Notes under the pieces: generated by a model
The model's input: only the letters and a program-made list of their open reading frames with translations
Told to the model about the DNA's origin: nothing
The model's database searches: none
Part shown: piece by piece, positions 40,189 to 49,171 of the stretch
Position numbering within the stretch: position 1 is the first letter of the stretch
How the letters are laid out: each line of letters opens with the position of its first letter
Source: an uncultured Clostridia bacterium
GTDB taxonomy: Bacteria > Bacillota > Clostridia > TANB77 > CAG-508
Direction of reading: 5' to 3'
Assembly (NCBI GenBank): GCA_934130935.1
Contig: CAKOYQ010000001.1
Span: forward strand, 168,003-232,002
Length of the DNA: 64,000 nucleotides
Translations under genes and position numbers: made by a program

Positions 40189-41844
40189 TTATGATTTTTT
40201 CAATAATTTATTCTTTTTTTTACCAGTTTCATAATTTTTTTTATTTAAAATTTCTTCAATTTTGATAAATTCCTCTAACTTTTGATTAATAGAATTTAAT
40301 TTTGAAAAATTAAAATATATGTAAATATTCTTATCTTTATCAATTTCAATTTTGTTAATTAATCTATATAAATATATTTTACCTATTTTCTCAAATTTCA
40401 AAAAATCCTCTATCAACTTGTCTAGTTCTTTTTCCTCTTCCTTTTGTTTCTTATTTTCAATTTTATCTTCTACTCCAATTAATTTCTGTTCTAATTCTTG
40501 TTTTTTCTCATTTAATTTTACTCTTTCTGAACCTAGTTTTTGTGCTACTCTAATATAATCTTCCTCTTGCAAAATTCCTTTTAATTTATCCATATACATC
40601 TTATCCAAATTGTTATTTATATCAGCTATTGTTTGATTAATTTTCTCTATTTTTCTCTTATATGCTTCTCTAATATCAAGTGTCTTATTTTGATACTTTT
40701 CATAAATTGAATAAAAAATTTCTTTATCCGCATATGTTTGACATATTTTTTTTACAATATAAACAATATGCTTTTCGAATTTTTCATAACTCATATTTAA
40801 TGGATAACACCCACGTTCTTTTGCATCACTACAAGTTATATATGGATGTGGTTTTGCTTTTCTTTTTGAATTTTTCTTTAAAACAATTTGCAATTTTCTT
40901 TTGCAATGATAACAATAAAGTAATCCTCTTAGTAAATAGTCATATTTTAGTTTGCTATTTGCTCCTCTTCTTTCAAATATACATTGCACTTTTTCAAAAG
41001 TTTCTTTATCAATAATCGCATCATGTGTATTGTTAACTCTTATATATTCATCTTTATTAACATTTCTGATTTTTTTAACCTTATATGATATAATAGACCT
41101 CTTATTTTGAACAGTATTTCCAATATATACTTCATTTTTTAGCATATTGCACACAGTTACTTCATTCCAGTTATAACCAACTTTATTTTCATCTCGTACA
41201 ATTTTGTTTTTTCTGTATCCTAATGGAGATAAATATTTATTTGAGTTCAAAAAATCAACTATCTCTGCACTCCCATGTCCTTCTGCATACATATCAAAAA
41301 TTTTTTCAACAACATTTTCTACTTTTTCATCAATCACCAATTTATTTTTAATGGTGGGATGCCTTTTATATCCATAAGCTGGAGTACTGCACATATACTC
41401 TCCATTTTTTTGTTTTTCCTTAAAAACACTTCTAATTTTTTTGGAGATATCTTTAGCATACATATCATTCATTATTGCTTTAAAAGGTGTTATATCGTTG
41501 TTAGTACTATCCAGATATGTATCAATTCCATCAAGTATTGATACATATCTAATATTGTTTTTAGGAAAAAAATCTTCAATATAATATCCTGTTTTGATAT
41601 AATCCCTTCCCAGTCTTGATAAGTCTTTTGTAATAACCATATTAATATTATTGTTTTCAATATCTTTTAACATTTCATTAAATGACGGTCTATCAAATGT
41701 TGTACCACTCACTCCATCATCAACATATTCTCTTATAAAATTTAAGTTATTCTCCTTTACATACCTTTGCAAAATATTTCTTTGATTATTAATACTTTCA
41801 CTTTCTTGCTTGTCTCCATCTTCTCTTGATAATCGTATATACAT
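40189..41844 (-). CDS. large serine recombinase
   Basis: YIRLSREDGD catalytic Ser region, DDGVSGTTFDRP, KDLSRLGRD, Cys-rich zinc-ribbon (CYHC...CSDAKERGC) and a C-terminal coiled coil. The 5' end is questionable (see findings). Confidence 0.85.
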   Translation of the reverse strand: MYIRLSREDGDKQESESINNQRNILQRYVKENNLNFIREYVDDGVSGTTFDRPSFNEMLKDIENNNINMVITKDLSRLGRDYIKTGYYIEDFFPKNNIRYVSILDGIDTYLDSTNNDITPFKAIMNDMYAKDISKKIRSVFKEKQKNGEYMCSTPAYGYKRHPTIKNKLVIDEKVENVVEKIFDMYAEGHGSAEIVDFLNSNKYLSPLGYRKNKIVRDENKVGYNWNEVTVCNMLKNEVYIGNTVQNKRSIISYKVKKIRNVNKDEYIRVNNTHDAIIDKETFEKVQCIFERRGANSKLKYDYLLRGLLYCYHCKRKLQIVLKKNSKRKAKPHPYITCSDAKERGCYPLNMSYEKFEKHIVYIVKKICQTYADKEIFYSIYEKYQNKTLDIREAYKRKIEKINQTIADINNNLDKMYMDKLKGILQEEDYIRVAQKLGSERVKLNEKKQELEQKLIGVEDKIENKKQKEEEKELDKLIEDFLKFEKIGKIYLYRLINKIEIDKDKNIYIYFNFSKLNSINQKLEEFIKIEEILNKKNYETGKKKNKLLKKS

Positions 41845-41899
41845 TCCGTACTTTAAAGTTTTGACTTCTTAAATCTAACATCTTACTCCTTCTAAATAA

Positions 41900-42037
41900 T
41901 TACTTTGTTAAGTTTTCTATATAATCTTTAAATATTAATCCTATTATTTCTTTTATATCTGGTGCTTCTTCTGTAAATATCCCATATGTATTAAATTCTA
42001 ATTTATTTTCATTTGTATCTTTCTTAACATTATTCAT
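41900..42037 (-). CDS. 45-codon ORF directly upstream of the recombinase
   Basis: Own translation MNNVKKDTNENKLEFNTYGIFTEEAPDIKEIIGLIFKDYIENLTK*. Weak SD, below the ORF-track cutoff. Confidence 0.25.
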   Translation of the reverse strand: MNNVKKDTNENKLEFNTYGIFTEEAPDIKEIIGLIFKDYIENLTK

Positions 42038-42197
42038 AATCTACCATCTTCTTTCTGTTTTTAAATCAATTTTTTCTATTAACAAAATATTAAAGAAAAT
42101 GGCTCAATATGACAAATCACACTAAAAAAGCTGGAACAGAAAACTTTATAAGTTTTCCACTCCAACTGTTAGTATATAGTTTATTATTTATATGTTT

Positions 42198-43004
42198 TTA
42201 ATTACATTTCTTGGCTACAATTCCATATAAAACTCTTTTTAGTATTATTCCCTTTTCTGTTTTATATCTTTTAACATATTCATCAAATAAATCTTTTTCA
42301 ATTATTGACTTTCCTTTCTTTATTTCTGAAAAATCTTCTAATATTGGTGTTTTTAAAAGAAGTGCCATTAAGTCATCTTCTGTTTCATAATACTCATTTT
42401 GTAATATTTCTACTTTTTTAATAATGTAAAATCCTGCTTCTTTTAAAGCTAAATAATCTTTTTCTGATATTGCAATTTCATCCTTGTAAGCTTGACCTCT
42501 TCCAAATATTTGTTTTATTTCCCAGCAATCCTTTTTATCTATTCCTTCTATAACAACAGTTCCATTTTTTGCCAAGCAATCATAAATCTGTTTTGCATCT
42601 ATTATTGTATGTCTTGCCGAAATCAAATCAAAAACTTCTTTTGGGAAAGTCATTTTCAAGTTATTCATTTTAGTAAATTTTACTTTTTTGTTTTCATATC
42701 TTTTTGCATTTTCTTTTGCTCTTTTTATCATTTCTTCTGAAAAATCTGTAGCAATTAGCATACCAACATTTGGATAATTCCTTAAAACATTTTCTCCTCC
42801 ACCTGTGCCTAAATCTAAACATAATGATTTTTCATTTGTGTTTTCTGTTATTTCTTCATAAAAATCCCAATTAGTCACATTCTCAGTCTTATATCTTATT
42901 TTACTAAAATCCCAATTTCCTATCCTTTCATAATAATTTAATTCACTTTTTTGCACTTTTGTTCTCTCCTTGTAATTTTGTTTTTTAACGTTTTTCATTC
43001 CCAT
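42198..43004 (-). CDS. class I SAM-dependent methyltransferase
   Basis: Motif I CLDLGTGGGENV, followed by an acidic loop ATDFSEEM. Confidence 0.75.
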   Translation of the reverse strand: MGMKNVKKQNYKERTKVQKSELNYYERIGNWDFSKIRYKTENVTNWDFYEEITENTNEKSLCLDLGTGGGENVLRNYPNVGMLIATDFSEEMIKRAKENAKRYENKKVKFTKMNNLKMTFPKEVFDLISARHTIIDAKQIYDCLAKNGTVVIEGIDKKDCWEIKQIFGRGQAYKDEIAISEKDYLALKEAGFYIIKKVEILQNEYYETEDDLMALLLKTPILEDFSEIKKGKSIIEKDLFDEYVKRYKTEKGIILKRVLYGIVAKKCN

Positions 43005-43006
43005 TT

Positions 43007-43330
43007 TTATCTTTCTTGCTCGTTTTCACATTCCTTTATTCTGGTGTTTACTCCTTCAATAATTTTGTATTCTCTTTTAGAATTTTTATAAACCTTTTTT
43101 TGTATCTCCTCTTCTAAATTTATACCTAATATTTCTGATAATCCTAATAAATATATAGCAACATCAGCTAGCTCTTCCCCTAAATCATCCTTCTTTTTTC
43201 TCCATGCTTCATACGCTTCTGAAACCTCTCCATAAGTTAAGCAAAACTCCTTATTAACATCTGTCACATTAAATCCTTTATCTATTTTGTTCTGATATAT
43301 TTCTTTTTGTATTTTCTTTAAATCTACCAT
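43007..43330 (-). CDS. MazG-like nucleotide pyrophosphohydrolase (small all-alpha NTP-PPase)
   Basis: GEVSEAYEAWRK...LGEELADVAIYLLGL, an EExxE/D-type motif. Its stop lies 2 nt before the methyltransferase start. Confidence 0.7.
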   Translation of the reverse strand: MVDLKKIQKEIYQNKIDKGFNVTDVNKEFCLTYGEVSEAYEAWRKKKDDLGEELADVAIYLLGLSEILGINLEEEIQKKVYKNSKREYKIIEGVNTRIKECENEQER

Positions 43331-43414
43331 ATAATCACCTCCATATTATAACTTTTTAATATTTATTTTTTATCATTTTGACACATATTTTATAATAAAT
43401 GTATGTCTTTTTAT

Positions 43415-44353
43415 TTATATTCTAGTATATATTTGTTTCAATATATATTTCACTTCATCTATGCTAACTTTATATTTATTATTTAAAACATATTTGTTTT
43501 GCATATTTTTAAATTCTTTTATCAGCTCATCACTAAATTCTAATTTAAAATAATTAAAATCTTTTATTTCAGTATTTTCATCAATACCACCAATTCTTAC
43601 TTTTTCTTCTTGTCTTTTATATTCTATTAATTTTGATAACTCTTTTTTATCTTCTAATAACTTTTTTATTTTATCATTATTAAATAACATTGATATATCA
43701 TATAAATGCTTTGATACATCCATATACATATCTCTAATATAATAAAACTCTGCAGCAAATATTTTATCTATAAACATTCTTTCTAATTTTATTATTTCAA
43801 TTTCTATTTTTGAAATATCAAATTTCTCTTCTAAAATTTTCTTTTCATCATCACTTGCTAATTTATATAATAAAGGTTCTATGTAATATTTTTCTGTTGG
43901 TTCACTTACAGTAAAAGATGTTGATTCTACTTGTATTTTACCCGCTCTTTGTAATGGCATTTCACTATCTGCATATACAGAAGTGTATTTATACATTCCT
44001 GTAACACTACCTTTATTGTCTATACACTCTTCTTTTATTAATTCCAATCCATCTATCTTATATCCTAAAGCAGATTCTTTTAGTCTTTTTTTATTTCTTG
44101 TATTAGATTCTTCTGATAAAACTTTTACTGTTAAATCTATATCTTCTGAAAATCTATTCATGTTTTCTAATATTTTATATACTGCTGTTCCACCTTTAAA
44201 ATAAGCCTTTAAATAATCTTGTTTTTTAGATAATTCTTTTAAAACAGCGGAGACATAATAGTCTTTTTCTATTATGTCTATAGCAACTCCCGTTCTTGTA
44301 TTTAATGTATCTATCATATCTCTAAATAATTCTTTATTTAAATGCAAATTCAT
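43415..44353 (-). CDS. AbiEii/AbiGii-family nucleotidyltransferase toxin
   Basis: IEKDYYVSAVLKEL...YFKGGTAVYKIL...RFSEDIDLTV. Confidence 0.8.
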   Translation of the reverse strand: MNLHLNKELFRDMIDTLNTRTGVAIDIIEKDYYVSAVLKELSKKQDYLKAYFKGGTAVYKILENMNRFSEDIDLTVKVLSEESNTRNKKRLKESALGYKIDGLELIKEECIDNKGSVTGMYKYTSVYADSEMPLQRAGKIQVESTSFTVSEPTEKYYIEPLLYKLASDDEKKILEEKFDISKIEIEIIKLERMFIDKIFAAEFYYIRDMYMDVSKHLYDISMLFNNDKIKKLLEDKKELSKLIEYKRQEEKVRIGGIDENTEIKDFNYFKLEFSDELIKEFKNMQNKYVLNNKYKVSIDEVKYILKQIYTRI

Positions 44354-44361
44354 ATATTCTC

Positions 44362-45018
44362 CTATCTTGCAAGTATAACCATTTTTTCTATTACTGCTTT
44401 GCTATTAGTTTCTCTTGCATATTTTAATATCTTCTCAAAATCCAAATCGTTTTCTTGAATAAAATTATGTATTATTTCATTCATATCATCTACTTCTACA
44501 TAAATCTTATCTTTATTTTCAATTAGATCAATTAGTTGCAAATATTTATAATTTTCATTATTTATTTCGATTTTTGGCTTTCGAATGGCTACATTTAAAT
44601 ATTTATTTGCATACTTGTTATTGTTTTTACATTCATTTGTAACAATATCAATAATATTTGGAACTTGTGTTGTTAATCCAACTTTATTAAATAGCTTTGC
44701 ACCTGTTATATATCCTTTTACATTTCCAAATTTATCAACTAAATATTTGTATTGAATTATTTTGCTATTTGCAAGTGGCAATTCTCCAAATATATTAGTT
44801 TTTGGAATATAATAAATGCCTTTATATGCTGTTTTTATAATGTTTTCTTTATTTAATCTATTTAATATTTCCTTTACGTTATTGAATATCTTTTCTTTTT
44901 CCTCTTCTTTATAAAATTGCATAATATATTCTTTTATATCTTCTATAAAGATAGGTTCATTTTTTTCGCAATTTTGTATATAATTTAAAACTATATTACG
45001 ACAATTCATTTTATTCAC
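44362..45018 (-). CDS. AbiEi-like antitoxin/transcriptional regulator
   Basis: 218 aa, located directly upstream of AbiEii with an 8-nt gap. The N-terminal region is wHTH-like. Called mostly from context. Confidence 0.55.
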   Translation of the reverse strand: MNKMNCRNIVLNYIQNCEKNEPIFIEDIKEYIMQFYKEEEKEKIFNNVKEILNRLNKENIIKTAYKGIYYIPKTNIFGELPLANSKIIQYKYLVDKFGNVKGYITGAKLFNKVGLTTQVPNIIDIVTNECKNNNKYANKYLNVAIRKPKIEINNENYKYLQLIDLIENKDKIYVEVDDMNEIIHNFIQENDLDFEKILKYARETNSKAVIEKMVILAR

Positions 45019-45211
45019 CTTCTTTGTTACTATTTTATGATTATTTTATATTTTTATTCACTTTATAGTAACATTTTAACATTTTTATTTGTTTTTGTCA
45101 AATTTTCGTTGTTTCATCTGTTCATTTTCTTTAAGATAATATTCTTTAATATTTAGATATATATTGAAAAATCCTAGAAATGGTAGTCTTTCCACTTTTC
45201 TTAAACCCACA

Positions 45212-45673
45212 GGTGTGGATTTAAATTTGCAATTTCCTGCAGAATGGGAAAGAGCTCGTGAAATAAAATATGCCCAAGGCTTTACTACTCCAGCCCCACG
45301 TGACTTTGTCGGATATGGTCCACTTACTGAACCAGAATCTCTAGCTGTTTATAATTTTACATTGCAACATAATTTTAGACTTATTATTGCTTTTCATTCA
45401 CAAGGTGAAGTAATCTATTGGCAATTTCAAAATTATAATCCTCCAAATTCATTGTTTATTGGAAGGCAATTTGCAAATGTTAGTGGATACTCTCTTGAAC
45501 CTACTCCTTATGACTCAAGCTTTGCAGGTTATAAAGATTGGTTTATTCAAAATTATAATAGACCTGGATATACAGTTGAAGTTGGCCTTGGCACAAATCC
45601 TCTGCCAGTCACTCAATTTCGAAAAATATATGAAGACAATCTAGGAATCTTGGTTTTGGGTGCTATTTTATAA
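45212..45673 (+). pseudogene. M14-family gamma-D-glutamyl-(L)-diamino-acid peptidase, 3' fragment
   Basis: GVDLNLQFP (the M14 GVDLNRNF-type motif), second Zn ligand AFHSQGEVIYW and catalytic GYTVEVG. The ORF-track N-terminus (TTG start, 16 codons) is element DNA. Confidence 0.8.
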
Positions 45674-45692
45674 TATAACTTAATTGTTCAAA

Positions 45693-45723
45693 AGGCACTA
45701 TATTCTTGTTTTGTATAGTGCCT
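45693..45723. terminator. bidirectional terminator hairpin between convergent genes
   Basis: AGGCACTATA-N11-TATAGTGCCT. Confidence 0.6.
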
Positions 45724-45805
45724 CGAACATATTTACTTTTATTTAAATACAAATTATGAACCAGTTGATTCATAGTGTTTAACCCCAATTTTCCAATGTT
45801 CTATA

Positions 45806-46480
45806 TTATTCTACTTTTTGATACCCTCCATCTTTATATAAAAACTTATCTCCTTTTTTAGACATTTGATACAAATCTTTAGGAAACTCTATTTCTTCAA
45901 ATTCCTCAATTCCTCCACCCTCAATATTATTTAAGTCATATAACCATATCCTACCATTATCTTTTTCTTCAACTTCATACATATGTCCATCTATTCTTTT
46001 ATCTTTGAGAAATTGATTTTGTTTTTTTATCTGCTCTTCTATCATTTCATTTATTCTCTTTCCTACAATTCGTGTTGCATTTGCATCTAAAATAAATTTA
46101 TCTCCTTGTTTACGCAAAACGCTCCCTAATTGAGTTCCTTTTGGTAATTCATCTATTGACAATGTAAGTATTTTGTGGTTTTTATCTGTTTTACTAATAT
46201 TATAAGAATTTTTTTCATTTTCGCTCACATTATAAATATAATACATTTCTCCCGCTTCTTTTGTGTTTTCAGCATAATCTTGCAATATATTAGCTCTTTC
46301 TTTTAGCATATTATCTTTGTATTTTGAAATTATTTTAGTATCATTAATGGTTAAATCATCTGCCAATAAATTATTCCATCCATTATTTTCAAGATAATCA
46401 GATAATTCATTCATAAAATCTATTGCTAATTTGTTTTCTTTTAAATTATTAAATAAATTGTTAATAAAATCTAAGTTCAA
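45806..46480 (-). CDS. cytoplasmic protein of unknown function, candidate partner/inhibitor of the upstream nuclease
   Basis: 224 aa with no signal peptide. TTG start 9 nt after an AGGAGA SD and 21 nt after the nuclease stop. Confidence 0.45.
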   Translation of the reverse strand: MNLDFINNLFNNLKENKLAIDFMNELSDYLENNGWNNLLADDLTINDTKIISKYKDNMLKERANILQDYAENTKEAGEMYYIYNVSENEKNSYNISKTDKNHKILTLSIDELPKGTQLGSVLRKQGDKFILDANATRIVGKRINEMIEEQIKKQNQFLKDKRIDGHMYEVEEKDNGRIWLYDLNNIEGGGIEEFEEIEFPKDLYQMSKKGDKFLYKDGGYQKVE

Positions 46481-46501
46481 TAAGCTTTCTCTCCTTTACC
46501 T

Positions 46502-47263
46502 TTATTTTTGTGCATGGCTTTCTCCTGTTAAGTAATCAATTACTATCCCTGGTTGTACATTATAACAATACACATTAAAACAAACTCCTTTTCCATTATC
46601 TTCTACTGACCACGCTTCCATCTCTACTCCACTTGCAAGAAGGTTTTCACCTTCATAAATAGGTGTCACTCTATATAAAACATGATTTTTTCCATGATTA
46701 TCAATATATTCAGCCACTTTATTTTCAAATGGTAACATTCCTTCTGTATTTAAATATCGTGTTCCTGTAATTAAATTTTGTTTATTTGCATTTTCTGCCG
46801 AAAGTTGCCAACCTATTAAATGACAACGGTTATATAAATATTTGTCTTTAATTAAATTGTCATATCTTTTTTGTACCCATCCTGAAAGATTTTTTACACT
46901 ACCAATGTCACCACGTTCTTCTCCTTTTTTAGGCATTGTTTCTTTACATACATTTGCAAATGCTACACCACTCCTCCCTAAATCATCCCACTCACTGTAT
47001 CTTTCAAAACTATTAGTAGTATAATCTTTATCAGTAAAATATGGGATATTATTGTTTATTTCAATGTAAGGACTTGATGTATATTCTGGGATTTTTGATA
47101 AATCAAATGTTTCTGCTTGATTTATGTTCTCTGTGTTATTATTTTGATTTGTTGTTACTTCGTTTTGGCTCATATAGCCTGATATCATAATACATGTCAG
47201 TATTGCTATTGATGCAATTATTTGCCATATATTTTGTTTTTTATTATTTTTTCTTTTGCTCAT
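46502..47263 (-). CDS. membrane-anchored/exported DNA/RNA non-specific endonuclease (EndA/NucA-like)
   Basis: N-terminal anchor IWQIIASIAILTCIMISGY. Active-site region NRCHLIGWQLSAENANKQNLITGTRYLN. Confidence 0.75.
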   Translation of the reverse strand: MSKRKNNKKQNIWQIIASIAILTCIMISGYMSQNEVTTNQNNNTENINQAETFDLSKIPEYTSSPYIEINNNIPYFTDKDYTTNSFERYSEWDDLGRSGVAFANVCKETMPKKGEERGDIGSVKNLSGWVQKRYDNLIKDKYLYNRCHLIGWQLSAENANKQNLITGTRYLNTEGMLPFENKVAEYIDNHGKNHVLYRVTPIYEGENLLASGVEMEAWSVEDNGKGVCFNVYCYNVQPGIVIDYLTGESHAQK

Positions 47264-47280
47264 AATTCCTCCATTTTAGT

Positions 47281-47308
47281 GAGGAGGGGCCTATTTTAGC
47301 CCCTCCTC
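47281..47308. other. GC-rich 10-bp perfect stem-loop between the yjjX-like gene and the nuclease gene
   Basis: GAGGAGGGGC-N8-GCCCCTCCTC. The T-run is on the plus-strand side only, so the orientation does not fit a simple terminator for the minus-strand genes. Confidence 0.6.
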
Positions 47309-47316
47309 CTATTTTT

Positions 47317-47805
47317 TTACCAATTTCTTATTCCAGATAGTGCCATAATCGTGGCCTCCCTTACGTGATCTTCTCTAGTTTCTAATCCCCGTGTAAGTTG
47401 TCTCACTCCACCTTTTCCATTAAAGACTTCATCTAATACTGATGCTAATCCAATTTCTTTAATTCTGGGAATTAATGAATTCGGAATAGGATATGCTTGG
47501 CTTAGGCCAAATTCTTTCTTTCCATTCTTTGCTTTTATGCAAACTACCTGCACATTGAACCAATTTCCACACATGGAAATTAATCCTCCCTCACAGGCTA
47601 CTGCATAATCATAACTCACATTGCTTTTCTCAAGTTCTTCTACCCTGTTTGCAGCTCCCTGCATTACCTCTTCATTTAATGGTTGTTCTGGAACTTTTGA
47701 TGTCACTTTCATCACTTCAACATCAACTATCCCAAAATATTCTTCAAATACTTTGGTAATAGGCCTTACTTTTGCCCGGTTTTCACTGCCTATTAATACT
47801 TTCAT
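47317..47805 (-). CDS. YjjX-family (DUF84) inosine/xanthosine triphosphatase
   Basis: MKVLIGSENRAKV, SKVPEQP, GAANRV, ACEGG and LTRG...ALS align with the E. coli YjjX pattern. Confidence 0.75.
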   Translation of the reverse strand: MKVLIGSENRAKVRPITKVFEEYFGIVDVEVMKVTSKVPEQPLNEEVMQGAANRVEELEKSNVSYDYAVACEGGLISMCGNWFNVQVVCIKAKNGKKEFGLSQAYPIPNSLIPRIKEIGLASVLDEVFNGKGGVRQLTRGLETREDHVREATIMALSGIRNW

Positions 47806-47905
47806 TCTACTATCTCCTTTTAGGTTGATGCTTTTATTATAACATTTTTTTTGAAATTTGTATATATTTTTCCATAATTTTTTATTTTTGTCACTTTATG
47901 CTAAT

Positions 47906-49171
47906 TTATCTTTTAACTCCATTTTGAAAAGTATCTTGCCTACTAATTTTTTCCACATTTTCTATAACTGTTTTTATTATCATTTTTGATATTGGGTTAG
48001 TTATAGATTTCGGACTATCACTATATTTTTCTAGGATTGGCAAACTCTCTTCATTTCTTTTAGACGTCTCTGATTCACTTCCAGCTAAATTTAATCCTGC
48101 ATTATTAGCAGAAATTATCGCTCTTGAAACTGCTCCTTCTACATCACTTTTATCTTTTACCCTATAACTTTTTGATTGTAAATATTCTATGTATTCTGCC
48201 CCTGATGAATGTAATGTATCAATAGCATGTTTATATAATTTATGTCCAGCATAATTCAATGGAGTTAATATATCAAATTCTGTTACATTAAATCTTTCAA
48301 TATCTTTTTTTTCGCCAACAGACACTTTATAATAATTTCTCCAATTATATTGTACTGCTCCTGAAATAATATCTTTAATTCCTATTAATCCTAAATCATG
48401 TTTTAACTCTTGCATAGTAGAACCAGTTCCAATATTATCATCCAATAATAAAATTGTTTTACCTTTTTGTAATATTCTATCACTTGATATTAAATCAACT
48501 ATTGATGCAGACTTTATATTTGTGGTTTCTTCTATATATTTACTTTTTAAAGTATTAGTAAAATTATATCCATACATTGCTTTTAAGAATGGTCCTATAT
48601 AAATACTTCCATATCCTGGTGTTAACACTTCTATTTCTTCTGGTTCTTTTTTCATCTTTAGTGACTGAAAGAAAATATATAACATAGCTTTATTATCCAT
48701 TTCTATTGCTCTCTTGGCACAATTTTCTAAGCCTACAGGTAATATATTTCTATAATCTAAATTAATAACACCTTTATTTGATAATAATACTAATATGTTT
48801 CTTACATCTTCCATTAGGCAATCTTCTGCCTGTTTTAATTGCATTTCTACAGTTTTGTTTTTCTTTTTGCCTTGTATGTATTCTTCAAATTTTTTAAAAT
48901 ACACCTTTGCAGAGCAATTTAGCATATTTTCTAATATAACAAAATTTCTCTTTGTCAACTCTCTTGTTAATTTTAATTTTAATTCTTCTCTGTCCATTGC
49001 CAACTCTGTCATACTTTTAACATTATAATATTCTTTTGAACGTGATAGATATGTCTGAATTTCTCCATTTTCTCCAATAACTGGTGTTACATACTTTTCT
49101 ATTCCATTAACATCATCTAAATTTATTATTCCTAATATATCAAACTCTTTTAGTTCTAATTTCTCACTCAT
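47906..49171 (-). CDS. atypical 421-aa protein with a type I phosphoribosyltransferase (PRTase) core
   Basis: PRPP-binding loop KTILLLDDNIGTGSTM flanked by about 170 aa N-terminal and 130 aa C-terminal regions that I cannot assign. Confidence 0.6.
   Translation of the reverse strand: MSEKLELKEFDILGIINLDDVNGIEKYVTPVIGENGEIQTYLSRSKEYYNVKSMTELAMDREELKLKLTRELTKRNFVILENMLNCSAKVYFKKFEEYIQGKKKNKTVEMQLKQAEDCLMEDVRNILVLLSNKGVINLDYRNILPVGLENCAKRAIEMDNKAMLYIFFQSLKMKKEPEEIEVLTPGYGSIYIGPFLKAMYGYNFTNTLKSKYIEETTNIKSASIVDLISSDRILQKGKTILLLDDNIGTGSTMQELKHDLGLIGIKDIISGAVQYNWRNYYKVSVGEKKDIERFNVTEFDILTPLNYAGHKLYKHAIDTLHSSGAEYIEYLQSKSYRVKDKSDVEGAVSRAIISANNAGLNLAGSESETSKRNEESLPILEKYSDSPKSITNPISKMIIKTVIENVEKISRQDTFQNGVKR

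Larger units (their letters stand above)
39490..45222. mobile_element. 5.7-kb integrated element with a large serine recombinase, bounded by the 11-bp direct repeat GGTGTGGATTT
   Basis: Repeat copies lie at 39479-39489 and 45212-45222, both in the same codon phase of the split peptidase gene. Deleting one copy plus the interval gives ...KANIRGVDLNLQFPAEW... Confidence 0.8.

Noticed and set aside
39490-45222. The inserted element as a prophage
   Set aside because: It has no capsid, tail, terminase or lysis genes. At 5.7 kb it carries only a recombinase, TA/Abi modules and two enzymes, so it is better described as a small integrative element or intervening element.
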